NCBI GenBank assembly: GCA_044360315.1 | Contig: JBIKKO010000005.1 | Span: forward strand, 1 to 59,455 | Reading direction: 5' to 3' | Length of the DNA: 59,455 nucleotides | From: Oligoflexales bacterium | GTDB lineage: Bacteria > Bdellovibrionota_B > Oligoflexia > Oligoflexales > RGVZ01 | In this document: one piece after another, positions 9,742-20,377 of the stretch | Layout: each line of letters begins with the position of its first letter | Numbering within the stretch: position 1 is the stretch's first letter | The notes under the pieces: generated by a model | What the model saw: only the letters and a program-made list of their open reading frames with translations | What the model was told of the DNA's origin: nothing | The model's database searches: none | Translations under genes and position numbers: made by a program

Positions 9742-10803
9742 GTGACGGTAGAGGTATCGCGATCATTACTGTTGCACCTGCCAGAGCTCGTGGAACTTCA
9801 GCGGTTGTCAGCCCATGCGGCTAAGGACTTTATTCGGGTCCGAGAGCTCGTTTCAGTAAAACACAAAGACCTGTCGCTGCCAGTTTTGGCATTTGAGATG
9901 GGTAGCCTTGACCCAAAGGCCCCAGCATTTTTCTTAACGGGTGGAGTTCACGGGCTGGAGCGTATTGGGACTCGCGTTATTATCTCTTACCTGAAAACGT
10001 TAACTCACCTAGCCCATTGGGATGCCTCGACTCGTGACCTGTTGGGCCGGGTCCGATTCTGCATCCTGCCAATCATCAACCCAGTTGGGATGTATCTGGG
10101 GCGAAGGTCAAATGGAAATGGTGTTGATTTAATGCGCAATGCGCCGATCGAAGCAGATTCGGGAAGTCGAGTGGGCATCGCGGGTGGACACCGTATTTCG
10201 CCCCGACTGCCTTGGTATCGCGGGGCGGCAAACTCCGATATGGAGGCTGAAAATGTGGCGCTTGTGCGGTATTTTGAAGAGACTTTTTCCACGTCCAAGG
10301 CCGTCATTGGGCTCGATGTTCACAGCGGTTTTGGTGCTGTGGATCGGATCTGGTTTCCGTACGCTAGAACAGCCCAGCCTTTCCCAAATTTGCATGAAGT
10401 CTTTCTATTGACGCAGATGCTGGATAAGGTTTATCCCCATCACATTTATCGGGTTGAGCCCCAGGCTACAAGCTACACAACACACGGAGATGTTTGGGAT
10501 TATCTTTACGACCGACGCCGTGACCGAGGGGGTTCAATCTTTTTACCATTAACCTTGGAGCTCGGATCTTGGTTGTGGATAAAGAAAAATCCTCGGCAAC
10601 TCTTTTCTGGTCTCGGGATTTTCAATCCACTCTTGCCCCATCGGACCTCGCGAATTCTGAGGCGTCATTTGCTCCTACTCGATTTTCTGATGCGGGCTTC
10701 CGCTATGCCTGATATGTGGTGCCAAGGGCTTGGGACACACTTTTCATCTGAGGACGTTCAGCGGTTAGCCAAAGCACGCTGGTATGATAGGAGTGCAGCT
10801 TGA
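9742..10803 (+). CDS. M14-family zinc carboxypeptidase-like protein
   Basis: GGVHGLE zinc motif, NP.G...RRSN..GVDLMRN, LDVHSG, TLELG. Confidence 0.85.
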   Translation: MTVEVSRSLLLHLPELVELQRLSAHAAKDFIRVRELVSVKHKDLSLPVLAFEMGSLDPKAPAFFLTGGVHGLERIGTRVIISYLKTLTHLAHWDASTRDLLGRVRFCILPIINPVGMYLGRRSNGNGVDLMRNAPIEADSGSRVGIAGGHRISPRLPWYRGAANSDMEAENVALVRYFEETFSTSKAVIGLDVHSGFGAVDRIWFPYARTAQPFPNLHEVFLLTQMLDKVYPHHIYRVEPQATSYTTHGDVWDYLYDRRRDRGGSIFLPLTLELGSWLWIKKNPRQLFSGLGIFNPLLPHRTSRILRRHLLLLDFLMRASAMPDMWCQGLGTHFSSEDVQRLAKARWYDRSAA

Positions 10804-11155
10804 CCCACAACCTCGATGTCTAAAGGTTTAAACTCCCCGATGGGATAAACTCTTTCAGGCCATAAACCCTATAAGTCTAGTCTCTGATTTATGAACAAGT
10901 TCACCCCAGGGGGCGTCTTTGGTTGGTCGATCAAATCATTTTGGGCCCCCTTGATCCTAAATGACTACGGCCAGGGTGCCTTGGGGTGCCATCAACAAGC
11001 CCGCGTCTATGACTTCAACTCTAGTCTTGTTAAAATGTCTTGAAAGGCCTGAGCAGTATGGACTTGCTGCATCTTGATCCCAGGGCTTAAAAAGCCTCGC
11101 CACCGAAGCTTGTCTTCTGGCAGTCAAAAAACTTTCAATATTTTTCTAATATCCC

Positions 11156-11185
11156 TTGACACCATGCCCACCTGAGGGGTACATA
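11156..11185 (+). promoter_or_regulatory. Candidate sigma70 promoter of the S10 operon
   Basis: Perfect TTGACA after an AT-rich UP-like tract; -10 element weak (TACATA, 18-nt spacer). Confidence 0.4.
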
Positions 11186-11322
11186 TCGCGTCTCTATTTT
11201 CAGGCACGCCTGCTTAGCCAAGCCTCTGCCATCCTCAAATCGCAAGCCTCGCGACGTACGGTTGCCCTGAAAAGTGAATTAGTTCAGTAAGTTGTGAACC
11301 ATCATTGACAGGGTCTCAAATC

Positions 11323-11643
11323 ATGGAAAACCAAAATATCAGAATCCGGTTGCGTGGCTATGACCACAAGCTGATTGACAATGCAGCCGCGGATATCGTC
11401 GAGCGCGCCAAAAGAACTGGTGCGCGCGTTGCGGGTCCGATTCCTCTGCCGACTGCAATCAGCCGCTACACGGTCCTCCGGAGTCCACACGTTGACAAAA
11501 AGAGCCGTGAGCAATTTGAAATTCGCACACACAAGCGCATGCTCGATATTCTTGAAGCAAAGCAGCAAACCATCGACGCCCTTATGAAGCTTGATTTGGC
11601 TTCAGGTGTAGACGTTGACATCAAGCTGACAGGCAAGAAGTAA
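11323..11643 (+). CDS. rpsJ: 30S ribosomal protein S10
   Basis: [32 protein letters not shown]. Confidence 0.98.
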   Translation: MENQNIRIRLRGYDHKLIDNAAADIVERAKRTGARVAGPIPLPTAISRYTVLRSPHVDKKSREQFEIRTHKRMLDILEAKQQTIDALMKLDLASGVDVDIKLTGKK

Positions 11644-11690
11644 TTAGAGGCGTTTGTTTCCGTTAACCCAGTAGAAAGCAGGTCTGAGAC

Positions 11691-12329
11691 ATGACTACTC
11701 CAAAAGGATTGGTAGCTAAAAAGATCGGAATGACACGCATGGTCGGAAAAGACGGCCAGATGATTGCTGTCACTCTACTTCAGGTAGAAAACCAAAAAGT
11801 AACCAAAGTTTTAACAAAAGATCGTGATGGCTATGACGCATATCAAGTCGGCTATAAGGTAACTAAAGAGAAGAACTTAGCGAAGCCCGATGTTGCGCGT
11901 ATGCGCAAAGTTAATGTGTCTGAAAACTTCACGTGCTTCAAAGAATTCCGCACAGAGGCTCCAGTCTCTATTGAACTAGGTGCGCCACTGACGACGGATA
12001 TTTTGAATGGCGTAACGGCTGTAGACGTGACTGGATTGACCAAGGGTCGGGGATTTTCTGGTTCAGTAAAGCGCTGGGACACGGCAGTTGGTCGCTGGTC
12101 TCACGGATCGCGCTTCCACCGCAGTCCAGGATCCCTAGGTACTCGTACAACTCCGGGTCGTGTATTTATGGGCAAGAAGATTCCAGGGGTATATGGTACA
12201 GAGCAGGTGACCATCCAGAATCTATCTGTTGTCGACGTTGACAACGAAAACAGTTTGATCGCGCTAAGCGGCGCCGTACCGGGACACCGTAACGGTTACC
12301 TTTTCATCAAACCATCGATCAAAGCGTGA
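11691..12329 (+). CDS. rplC: 50S ribosomal protein L3
   Basis: [28 protein letters not shown]; operon order. Confidence 0.97.
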   Translation: MTTPKGLVAKKIGMTRMVGKDGQMIAVTLLQVENQKVTKVLTKDRDGYDAYQVGYKVTKEKNLAKPDVARMRKVNVSENFTCFKEFRTEAPVSIELGAPLTTDILNGVTAVDVTGLTKGRGFSGSVKRWDTAVGRWSHGSRFHRSPGSLGTRTTPGRVFMGKKIPGVYGTEQVTIQNLSVVDVDNENSLIALSGAVPGHRNGYLFIKPSIKA

Positions 12330-12348
12330 TCGGAGAGGAAGGTAACAG

Positions 12349-12993
12349 ATGGGAACTCAAATGGAAATCCAAGTAAAAGATATCAATGGCAAAGCGGTCA
12401 AGAATGTCGCCCTATCAAGCGACATCTTCGGCGTAGAGATGAACGAGCATTTGCTTCACCTTGTCGTGAAAGCCTACCAGGCAAACCGTCGTCAGGGAAC
12501 GCATGCGACAAAGACGAAAGCAATGGTGTCTGGTGGCGGTAAAAAGCCATTTAAGCAAAAGGGAACTGGCGAAGCCCGTCAGGGATCAAGTCGCTCACCG
12601 TTAAACCCAGGTGGTGGTGTATCCCATGGCCCACAGCCACGTGACTACAATGAGAAGGTGAATGCGAAGTCCCGCCAGGTGGCTCTCGCAGTAGCTCTAA
12701 GTGATAAGCTTCGCCACAACCGATTAATCGTTGTTGATGACTTCAAGGTTGCCGGTAAGCCTAGCACCAAGCACGTTGTGAAAGCTCTTAAAGCATTAAA
12801 AGCAGAAAAAGCTCTAGTGTTGGACGAGCGTAAAGACGATCTTCTGTATCGCTCTACTCGAAACATTCACGGTGCAACCTGTGTTGCTCCGGCTGAAGTA
12901 AATGCTGAGCATGTGCTTCGTTATGAAAACTTTGTTATAAGCATGACTGGACTTGATGCTCTCCAGCAGCGCTTTCAAGGGGGAAGAAAATGA
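12349..12993 (+). CDS. rplD: 50S ribosomal protein L4
   Basis: RQGTHATKT, GGGKKPFKQKGTG.ARQGS. Confidence 0.97.
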   Translation: MGTQMEIQVKDINGKAVKNVALSSDIFGVEMNEHLLHLVVKAYQANRRQGTHATKTKAMVSGGGKKPFKQKGTGEARQGSSRSPLNPGGGVSHGPQPRDYNEKVNAKSRQVALAVALSDKLRHNRLIVVDDFKVAGKPSTKHVVKALKALKAEKALVLDERKDDLLYRSTRNIHGATCVAPAEVNAEHVLRYENFVISMTGLDALQQRFQGGRK

Positions 12994-13277
12994 ATCCGTT
13001 TCAAATCCTTTCAAAGCCAATTCTTTCCGAGAAGAGTACGCTCGTTCGTGAGAACCTGAAGCAGTATACTTTTAAGGTAGATCTTCGTGCTTCGAAGATT
13101 GACGTTCGCAACGCGATTGAGTCGGTCTACGGTGTAAAGGTTGTGAAGGTTCAAACTTTGATCACAAGAGGCAAGGTTGTTCGCAAAGGCAATCATGTTT
13201 CCATGACAAGTAAGACAAAAAAGGCGGTTGTTACGCTTGCAGCAGGTGCAAAGCTTCCGCTGTTTGAAGAGCAATAA
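12990..13277 (+). CDS. rplW: 50S ribosomal protein L23
   Basis: PILSEKS, YTFKV, KKAVVTL. Confidence 0.96.
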   Translation: MNPFQILSKPILSEKSTLVRENLKQYTFKVDLRASKIDVRNAIESVYGVKVVKVQTLITRGKVVRKGNHVSMTSKTKKAVVTLAAGAKLPLFEEQ

Positions 13278-13303
13278 AACAAAGCTGATAAGGAAAACCA
13301 GAA

Positions 13304-14131
13304 ATGGCTATCAAGCAATACAAACCAACTACTCCGGGTCGTCGCGGCGCCTCTGTTGTAGATTTCTCGAAGTTGGATAAAGTTAAGCCTTTATCGACCG
13401 CGCTTGAAAGTATGAAGGAGCACTCCGGTCGTAACAACACGGGTCGCATTACCATCAGACATCAAGGCGGTGGTGTTCGTCGGCACTATCGATTGATTGA
13501 CTGGCGTCGTGACAAGCTCGACATTGTAGGAAAGATCGAATTTGTTGAGTATGACCCTAACCGCAGTGCCTTTATAGCCCGGGTTCTCTATAAAGACGGG
13601 GATCGTCGTTACATTTTATGCCCAGATGGTCTTGCCAAAGGTGATGAAGTCGTCAGTTCAAAGACTGCAGACGTAAAAGTTGGAAACGCCATGCCGTTGA
13701 GTAATGTTCCTGTTGGAACGTTTGTTCACAACATCGAAATGCGCCCAGGTAAGGGTGGACAGATGGCTCGCTCTGCTGGAACATACGCTCAGCTTATGGG
13801 TCGTGTTGAGGGTTATGCTCAGCTTCGTATGCCTAGCGGTGAAATGCGTCGCGTCCCTGAAGAGTGCTTTGCATCGATCGGTCAGGTCGGTAACAAGGAT
13901 CACTTTAACGAGACGATCGGTAAAGCCGGCCGTAGTCGTTGGCTTGGTATTCGTCCAACAGTACGTGGTTGTACGATGAACCCAGTCGATCACCCGCATG
14001 GTGGTGGTGAAGGTCGTGGTAAAGGTGGAAAGCATCCAGTATCTCCTTGGGCTCAACCAACCAAGGGTTATAAAACTCGTAAGAACAAGCGTACCGCGAA
14101 GAACATCATTCGCGATCGTCGTCAGAAGTAA
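13304..14131 (+). CDS. rplB: 50S ribosomal protein L2
   Basis: [21 protein letters not shown]. Confidence 0.98.
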   Translation: MAIKQYKPTTPGRRGASVVDFSKLDKVKPLSTALESMKEHSGRNNTGRITIRHQGGGVRRHYRLIDWRRDKLDIVGKIEFVEYDPNRSAFIARVLYKDGDRRYILCPDGLAKGDEVVSSKTADVKVGNAMPLSNVPVGTFVHNIEMRPGKGGQMARSAGTYAQLMGRVEGYAQLRMPSGEMRRVPEECFASIGQVGNKDHFNETIGKAGRSRWLGIRPTVRGCTMNPVDHPHGGGEGRGKGGKHPVSPWAQPTKGYKTRKNKRTAKNIIRDRRQK

Positions 14132-14146
14132 AAGGAGGACACGCAC

Positions 14147-14419
14147 GTGGCTCGTTCACTCAAGAAAGGTCCGTTTGTTGACACTTACCTGTTCAAAAAG
14201 GCTGAACAGGGAAAGAAAGATAAAAAGCCTATCAAGACGTGGAGCCGTCGCTCTACGATTGTTCCAGAGTTTGTGGGATTGACCTTTGCTGTGCACAACG
14301 GCAACAAGTTCGTAACAATACCTGTTACTGAACACATGGTGGGTCATAAGTTTGGCGAATTTGCTCCGACTCGTACCTTTCATGGTCACGGGGAAGACAA
14401 AAAAGCTCCTAAAGCGTAA
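14147..14419 (+). CDS. rpsS: 30S ribosomal protein S19
   Basis: [29 protein letters not shown]. Confidence 0.98.
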   Translation: MARSLKKGPFVDTYLFKKAEQGKKDKKPIKTWSRRSTIVPEFVGLTFAVHNGNKFVTIPVTEHMVGHKFGEFAPTRTFHGHGEDKKAPKA

Positions 14420-14438
14420 TTGAGAGAGGCAGATCATC

Positions 14439-14768
14439 ATGTATCAGGCAGTACTCAAGAATGTTCGTATTTCGCCCCGCAAGATGCGGCTTGTTGCGGA
14501 TTTGGTCCGTGGAAAACAAGTCCAACTTGCGATGGATACGTTGCAGCTCACCAACAAAAAAGGTGCGCGCATCATGTCCAAAGTTTTGAAGTCAGCGATC
14601 AGCAACGCTTCGGACGTGGCAACGATTGATGTGGATCGTCTACATATCACGGAAGTGACTGTAGATATGGGGCCGGCCCTCCGGCGCTTCATTCCTCGCG
14701 CTCAGGGTCGCGCGACTCCCGTGAAGAAGCGGATGTCGCATGTGACGCTGCGTGTTAAGGAAGTCTGA
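14439..14768 (+). CDS. rplV: 50S ribosomal protein L22
   Basis: [24 protein letters not shown]. Confidence 0.97.
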   Translation: MYQAVLKNVRISPRKMRLVADLVRGKQVQLAMDTLQLTNKKGARIMSKVLKSAISNASDVATIDVDRLHITEVTVDMGPALRRFIPRAQGRATPVKKRMSHVTLRVKEV

Positions 14769-14799
14769 TTTAACTCAAGAAAGGAAGAGGTCAGAAAGC

Positions 14800-15438
14800 G
14801 TGGGACAGAAAGTTAATCCAATTGGTTTTAGATTAGGCATCACTCGTACATGGTCATCCCGGTGGTTTGCGGACAATAAATATAAGTCCTTTCTGCAGGA
14901 AGACATCGCGATTAGGAAGTTCATCAACAAGAAGTTTGAAGCGGCTGGAGTCTCTCACGTAGAGATTGAGCGCGCTGCAAGGAACTTGAAGATCAACATT
15001 CACAGCAGCCGCCCAGGTATCATTATTGGTAAAAAGGGCGCTGGGGCGGATGACCTTAAAAAAGAGATCATCGCCCAGTGTAAGATTAAGTCCGGCGATC
15101 CCGTCCTCAACGTGTTTGAGGTAAAGAAGCCAGATTTAGATGCGAAGCTCGTTGCAGAGAATATTCGTCAACAACTTGAAAAGCGTGTATCGTTTCGTCG
15201 TGCCATGAAGAAGGGTATGACTCAGGCGATCAAGGCTGGTGCCAAAGGCATCAAGGTCAGTCTGTCAGGGCGCCTGGGCGGAGCCGATATGTCCCGCACA
15301 GAGCGTTATATGGAAGGCCGTGTGCCGCTTCATACCATGCGCGCCGATATTGATTATGCAACAGCTGAAGCTTACACGACCTACGGCCTAACGGGCGTAA
15401 AAGTGTGGATCTTCAAAGGCGATATTCTTACTAACTGA
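14800..15438 (+). CDS. rpsC: 30S ribosomal protein S3
   Basis: GTG start; [25 protein letters not shown]. Confidence 0.98.
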   Translation: MGQKVNPIGFRLGITRTWSSRWFADNKYKSFLQEDIAIRKFINKKFEAAGVSHVEIERAARNLKINIHSSRPGIIIGKKGAGADDLKKEIIAQCKIKSGDPVLNVFEVKKPDLDAKLVAENIRQQLEKRVSFRRAMKKGMTQAIKAGAKGIKVSLSGRLGGADMSRTERYMEGRVPLHTMRADIDYATAEAYTTYGLTGVKVWIFKGDILTN

Positions 15439-15468
15439 TATTTTCATTGAGCTGAGAGGAAAGCACAC

Positions 15469-15891
15469 ATGCTAGCCCCTAAGAGGTTAAAATTTCGGAA
15501 GTCCCACAAGGGACGAATCAAAGGTAAAGCTAAAGGCGGCACCGAATTGACAAAGGGCGACTACGGACTGATGGCCCTTGAGTCAGGTAAAGTTACAGCT
15601 CGGCAGATCGAAGCTGCTCGTATCGCGATGACACGTCACATTAAGCGCGGTGGTGAGGTCCTGATCAAGATCTTCCCGGACAAGCCAATCACGAAGAAGC
15701 CTGCTGAGACGCGGATGGGTTCCGGTAAGGGTGGCGTTGAGTACTACATCGCGGTGATTAAGCCCGGAAAAATACTTTATGAGATGGCAGGCGTCGACAA
15801 AGCGGTCGCTGCTGAGGCCCTCGGGTTGGCGGCTGCCAAACTAAATATCAAGACAAAACTCATCACAAGACAAGATGATCCGTGGGGTTAA
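15469..15891 (+). CDS. rplP: 50S ribosomal protein L16
   Basis: [29 protein letters not shown]. Confidence 0.98.
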   Translation: MLAPKRLKFRKSHKGRIKGKAKGGTELTKGDYGLMALESGKVTARQIEAARIAMTRHIKRGGEVLIKIFPDKPITKKPAETRMGSGKGGVEYYIAVIKPGKILYEMAGVDKAVAAEALGLAAAKLNIKTKLITRQDDPWG

Positions 15892-15894
15892 TGT

Positions 15895-16125
15895 ATGGAT
15901 TTCAATAAGTTAAATGTAAAAGAGATGCGTGCTATGGATGCCAAGAAGCTTGGTGACTCCGTAAAATTAATCCGCAAAGAGCTTGTCGGACTGCGAATGG
16001 ACGTGTATAACGCCGGTCCACAGTCGAAGAGTAAGTCCCGTAACCTACGTAAGACTTTGGCTCGCCTGCTGACCGTGGGTAGGGACAAAGCAAGTGTAGC
16101 AGCCCCTAAAAGCAAGAAGAAGTAA
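15895..16125 (+). CDS. rpmC: 50S ribosomal protein L29 (divergent)
   Basis: Position between rplP and rpsQ; KEMR...RKEL..LR...RK.LARLLTV pattern. Confidence 0.85.
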   Translation: MDFNKLNVKEMRAMDAKKLGDSVKLIRKELVGLRMDVYNAGPQSKSKSRNLRKTLARLLTVGRDKASVAAPKSKKK

Positions 16126-16134
16126 GAGGCAACA

Positions 16135-16401
16135 ATGACTCAGGCATCCGCAACAGAGAAGACAGTAAAAGAAATTCGATGCGTCGTCACAAGTGACAAG
16201 ATGACTAAATCACGCGTTGGTGTGGTTGAGCGTCTGGTTAAGCATCCGATTGTTGGCAAATACCTACGTCGGCGCACCAAGTTGATGTTCCATGACGATA
16301 CAAATGAAACACGGGTTGGCGATGAAGTGATTGTCACTCCATCTCGACCGCTGAGTGCAAAGAAGAAGTTCACCTTGGTGCGGGTTGTACGCAAGGCATA
16401 G
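16135..16401 (+). CDS. rpsQ: 30S ribosomal protein S17
   Basis: VTSDKM, KHP..GKY, HD.TN...GD.V...SRPLSAKK. Confidence 0.96.
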   Translation: MTQASATEKTVKEIRCVVTSDKMTKSRVGVVERLVKHPIVGKYLRRRTKLMFHDDTNETRVGDEVIVTPSRPLSAKKKFTLVRVVRKA

Positions 16402-16459
16402 GTTGGGTTCGATTGGGTGCTTGTATTGAGCAAGCGCGAAATTTATAGGAGCGAACGAA

Positions 16460-16831
16460 ATGATCCAGATGGAAACAGTCCTCGCGGCCGGGGACAACTC
16501 AGGAGCGAAGAGGCTTAAATGCTTCAAAGTCCTGGGTGGAAGTAAAAAGAAGTATGCCTCCGTCGGCGATATCATCGTAGTCTCGGTAAAAGAGGCTGTA
16601 GCCAACAGCAAGGTAGCCAAGGGCTCCGTGCACAAGGCGGTGGTTGTCCGGACAACGAAGGAAATCAAACGCAAGGATGGTTCGACCATTCGGTTTGATC
16701 AGAACGCTGCTGTGCTAATCAAAGGAAAAGATAATGAGCCTGTCGGTACCCGTATCTTCGGGCCGGTGGCGCGTGAAGTTCGGGTTGCGGGTTTTGGTCG
16801 CATTGCGTCCCTCGCTCCTGAAGTATTGTAA
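16460..16831 (+). CDS. rplN: 50S ribosomal protein L14
   Basis: [28 protein letters not shown]. Confidence 0.98.
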   Translation: MIQMETVLAAGDNSGAKRLKCFKVLGGSKKKYASVGDIIVVSVKEAVANSKVAKGSVHKAVVVRTTKEIKRKDGSTIRFDQNAAVLIKGKDNEPVGTRIFGPVAREVRVAGFGRIASLAPEVL

Positions 16832-16867
16832 TTGACCCTTTAAGATTGTTCGAAAGTGGGAACAACA

Positions 16868-17413
16868 ATGGATATGCCAAGACTTCAAAAACAGTATGAA
16901 TCTGAGATTCGCGCAGCCCTTGTAAAAGAGCTCGGTCTCAAAAACGCCATGCAAGTGCCAAAACTCAAGAAAATTGTCGTCAATATTGGACAGGGCGATG
17001 CGACCCAGAACATTAAGACTCTGGAAGCCGCTGCAGCTGAGTTGGCAGCGATCACAGGCCAAAAGCCAATCTTGACCCGTGCAAAAAAGAGTATTGCAAC
17101 GTTTAAACTTCGTCAAGGTGCTCCCATCGGCTGCTCTGTGACTTTGCGTCGCGCCCGCATGTGGGAATTCCTCGATCGGTTTATTAACGTGTCAGTCCCT
17201 CGTGTTCGTGACTTTAAAGGCTTTACACCAAAGGCTTTTGATGGTCGTGGAAATTACACTGTGGGTGTGAAAGAGCAGATCATTTTCCCGGAGATTGATT
17301 ACGATAAAGTAGACAAGGTCCGTGGATTGGGGATTACGTTTGTGACTAGCTCTGAGAGCGACACGCATGCGAAAGCCCTACTTGATAAATTCAACTTCCC
17401 GTTCCGCAAGTAA
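16868..17413 (+). CDS. rplE: 50S ribosomal protein L5
   Basis: [29 protein letters not shown]. Confidence 0.98.
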   Translation: MDMPRLQKQYESEIRAALVKELGLKNAMQVPKLKKIVVNIGQGDATQNIKTLEAAAAELAAITGQKPILTRAKKSIATFKLRQGAPIGCSVTLRRARMWEFLDRFINVSVPRVRDFKGFTPKAFDGRGNYTVGVKEQIIFPEIDYDKVDKVRGLGITFVTSSESDTHAKALLDKFNFPFRK

Positions 17414-17442
17414 TCAGGACGTCCAGAGGATAGGAGCTAAAA

Positions 17443-17628
17443 ATGGCAACAAAAGCCATGATCGAAAAAGCAAACAAGAAGCCAAAGTTTTCCAGCCGTG
17501 CTTACACACGCTGCACCAATTGTGGTCGCCCCAAGGCGGTTTACCGTAAATTCGGCGTTTGCCGGATTTGCTTCCGCTCGATGGCACTCAAGGGTCTTCT
17601 CCCCGGTGTGAAGAAGGCTTCCTGGTAA
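17443..17628 (+). CDS. rpsN: 30S ribosomal protein S14, zinc-binding type Z
   Basis: 61 aa, RCTNCGRP...[14 protein letters not shown]. Confidence 0.97.
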   Translation: MATKAMIEKANKKPKFSSRAYTRCTNCGRPKAVYRKFGVCRICFRSMALKGLLPGVKKASW

Positions 17629-17660
17629 TCAATGATTGCAAGATTTTTGGAGATATAAAC

Positions 17661-18059
17661 ATGCGCGCAAATGACCCAATCGCAGATCTTCTGACCAGGA
17701 TCCGCAATGCACAGCAAGCAAAACACGAAGTCGTGTCCGTACCAGCTTCCATGGTGAAGATTGCTGTCACCCACATCTTGAAGGATGAGGGCTTTATTAA
17801 AAACTACAAGTGTATCCGTGATCGGAAGCAAGGCATCATCAAGATCGCCCTCAAGTACACGGATGAAGGCTTAGGTGCCATTCGGAATATTTCCAGAGTC
17901 AGCACGCCTAGTCACCGCGTTTACGTGGGTGTCGATAAGATTCCTTACGTGAAAAACGGGTTGGGTATTGCAATTCTTTCGACCCCGAAGGGTGTGATGG
18001 CGGACCGCGAAGCGCGTCAGCTTAACGTCGGCGGCGAACACATCTGTTCCGTTTATTGA
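17661..18059 (+). CDS. rpsH: 30S ribosomal protein S8
   Basis: DPIADLLTRIRNA, GLGIAILSTPKGV, VGGE. Confidence 0.97.
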   Translation: MRANDPIADLLTRIRNAQQAKHEVVSVPASMVKIAVTHILKDEGFIKNYKCIRDRKQGIIKIALKYTDEGLGAIRNISRVSTPSHRVYVGVDKIPYVKNGLGIAILSTPKGVMADREARQLNVGGEHICSVY

Positions 18060-18077
18060 TTGGCGGAGGAGTAAAAC

Positions 18078-18620
18078 ATGTCTCGTATTGGTAAAAATCC
18101 AGTAGCAATTGTTAAAGGTGTCGAAGTTTCCGTGAACGGCCAGACTGTGAAGGTTAAGGGCCCTAAGGGAGCTGTTGAGCGGAAGATTCACGACTCCATG
18201 TCTGCTGTTGTTGAAGGTGGCGCTGTTAAAATCGTGCCAAAATTAAGCGATGGTCAGAGTGCTCGATTCCACGGTTTGACACGCACTTTGGTGGCAAACA
18301 TGGTTGAGGGTGTGACTCAGGGTTTTTCAAAGACGTTAACCCTGGTAGGTGTTGGTTATAAGGCTGCCCAAAACGGTAAGAATATCACCTTGAACGTCGG
18401 TTATAGTCATCCTGTTGAGGTCAAAGCACCAGCAGGAGTTGAGTTGAAGATTGACAAGACAGTCAACATTATTGTGTCTGGTCCCGAGAAAGAAGTGGTA
18501 GGTCAGCTTGCAGCTTCGATTCGCGGTATTCGTCCTCCTGAGCCTTATCACGGCAAAGGAATTCGTTATGTAGATGAAGTCATTGTAACTAAAGTTGGTA
18601 AAGCAGCGGGTAAGAAGTAA
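18078..18620 (+). CDS. rplF: 50S ribosomal protein L6
   Basis: MSRIGK, GVGYKA, RPPEPYHGKGIRY. Confidence 0.98.
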   Translation: MSRIGKNPVAIVKGVEVSVNGQTVKVKGPKGAVERKIHDSMSAVVEGGAVKIVPKLSDGQSARFHGLTRTLVANMVEGVTQGFSKTLTLVGVGYKAAQNGKNITLNVGYSHPVEVKAPAGVELKIDKTVNIIVSGPEKEVVGQLAASIRGIRPPEPYHGKGIRYVDEVIVTKVGKAAGKK

Positions 18621-18656
18621 TAACTACTGTCGTCCTTCTGTATAAGTGAGGAAACC

Positions 18657-19010
18657 ATGGCAAATAAAGTCGCAAAAAAGAATGAGCTTCGCTTCCGTCG
18701 AAAGCTTCGCATCCGCAAAAAGGTGTCAGGGACTGTTGAGCGCCCTCGCCTTTCAGTTTTCCGTTCGGCTCGTCATATCACCGCTCAGGTGATTGATGAT
18801 GTCTCTGGAAAGACACTGGTTGCTGTGCATTCCTATGATGTTGGAAGCCGCGCTAACAAAGAAGTCTGTACAAAAGTTGGCAAAGACCTAGCCGCGAAGT
18901 GCAAAGCCGTCAAGATCGAAGCGGTTGTTTTTGACAAGAACGGTTACCAATATCACGGTCGTATCGCAGCTCTTGCTGCTGGCGCACGTGAAGGTGGCTT
19001 GAGCTTCTAA
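18657..19010 (+). CDS. rplR: 50S ribosomal protein L18
   Basis: RPRLSVFRS, VFD..GY.YHGR, AREGGL.F. Confidence 0.97.
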   Translation: MANKVAKKNELRFRRKLRIRKKVSGTVERPRLSVFRSARHITAQVIDDVSGKTLVAVHSYDVGSRANKEVCTKVGKDLAAKCKAVKIEAVVFDKNGYQYHGRIAALAAGAREGGLSF

Positions 19011-19050
19011 AATAGACACAAACAACTGAAGAAAGATCGAGGAGAGACTC

Positions 19051-19647
19051 GTGGCAAAAGAACAAAGAGAGACAAAAGAAACAAGAAAACCTGATCATGC
19101 GGCAGCGTCTCAGGAAGGTGATGGCTTTCAAGATCGCGTTGTGCACATCGCTCGCGTGGCGAAAGTTGTCAAAGGCGGTCGCCGGTTCAGTTTTTCTGCA
19201 CTGGTGGTCGTAGGTGATGGAAAAGGCCGCGTTGGTTTCGGCCTCGGTAAAGCCGGTGAAGTGCCTGACGCCATCAAAAAAGGCGCAGACCAAGCTAAAA
19301 AGAACCTGGTGAAGGTTGTATCTTTAGAAGGAACGATTCCTTTTGATGTGACTGGTAGGTTTGGGGCTGCTAAGGTTCTGATGTTCCCCGCCAAGAAAGG
19401 AACAGGTACGATTGCAGGTGGTGCGGTGCGTATCATCTGTGAACTAGCTGGAATTCAAGACATTGTCTGTAAGGTTCATGGTACGAAGAACTACCATTCA
19501 GTCGTGAGAGCGACGGTCAATGGCCTTCAGCAACTCGTTTCACCTGATGATTATGCGGCTGTTCGCGGAAAAACGCTTGCAGAAGTATTACAAGTTCGTG
19601 GGTCGAAGAAAAAGTCCGCTGAGAAGAAGCCAGCAACCGGGAAGTAA
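19051..19647 (+). CDS. rpsE: 30S ribosomal protein S5
   Basis: [23 protein letters not shown]. Confidence 0.98.
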   Translation: MAKEQRETKETRKPDHAAASQEGDGFQDRVVHIARVAKVVKGGRRFSFSALVVVGDGKGRVGFGLGKAGEVPDAIKKGADQAKKNLVKVVSLEGTIPFDVTGRFGAAKVLMFPAKKGTGTIAGGAVRIICELAGIQDIVCKVHGTKNYHSVVRATVNGLQQLVSPDDYAAVRGKTLAEVLQVRGSKKKSAEKKPATGK

Positions 19648-19696
19648 TGTATTGTAGCTCGCATTGTAAAGTGCGAGATAAGAATAGGAGTGTAGT

Positions 19697-19879
19697 ATGA
19701 GCGAGATCGTTGTGACACAAAAGCGCAGCCTCATCGGCCAGTCGCAAGCGCACCAGCGCGTTGTTAAAAGTCTCGGCCTTGGCCGTATCGGCAAGACCAA
19801 GACTCACAAAGACAACAACTGTATTCGCGGAATGATCAATAAGGTTAGGCACCTTATCACCTACGAATTGAAGGCCTGA
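19697..19879 (+). CDS. rpmD: 50S ribosomal protein L30
   Basis: RSLIG, LGL, IRGMINKVRHL. Confidence 0.95.
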   Translation: MSEIVVTQKRSLIGQSQAHQRVVKSLGLGRIGKTKTHKDNNCIRGMINKVRHLITYELKA

Positions 19880-19909
19880 GACTTTGATCTCAAGTAGAGG
19901 ACAAATCAA

Positions 19910-20377
19910 ATGAGTACAAAATCTGAAATGAAGCATCTTGGTAACTTGAGCCCAGCTCCTGGTTCCAACGTGAAGAAGAAGCGTCTTGGTCGTGGCCCAG
20001 GTAGCGGTTTAGGAAAAACGGCTGCACGCGGTGGTAAAGGCCAAACAGCCCGTAAAGGGGGCGGTATCCGCGCTGGTTTCGAGGGTGGTCAAACTCCTTT
20101 GTACCGTCGTTTGCCCAAGAGAGGGTTCACGAATCCATTCCGCGTGGAGTACAATGTCGTCAATATTTCCGTGTTAGAGAAATTTGATGCTGGAACAAAG
20201 GTAACACCAGAGTTCCTTAACGACAGAGGTCTATTGCGCAACCCTGCCAACCCAGTGAAGGTGTTAGGCAAAGGTGAGCTTAAGAAGAAACTGACAGTTG
20301 CAGTTCACAAGGTTAGTGCCACCGCAAAGTCGGCGATCGAGAAGGCGGGCGGTAGCGTTGAAGTTAAGGAGAAATGA
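19910..20377 (+). CDS. rplO: 50S ribosomal protein L15
   Basis: [29 protein letters not shown]. Confidence 0.98.
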   Translation: MSTKSEMKHLGNLSPAPGSNVKKKRLGRGPGSGLGKTAARGGKGQTARKGGGIRAGFEGGQTPLYRRLPKRGFTNPFRVEYNVVNISVLEKFDAGTKVTPEFLNDRGLLRNPANPVKVLGKGELKKKLTVAVHKVSATAKSAIEKAGGSVEVKEK

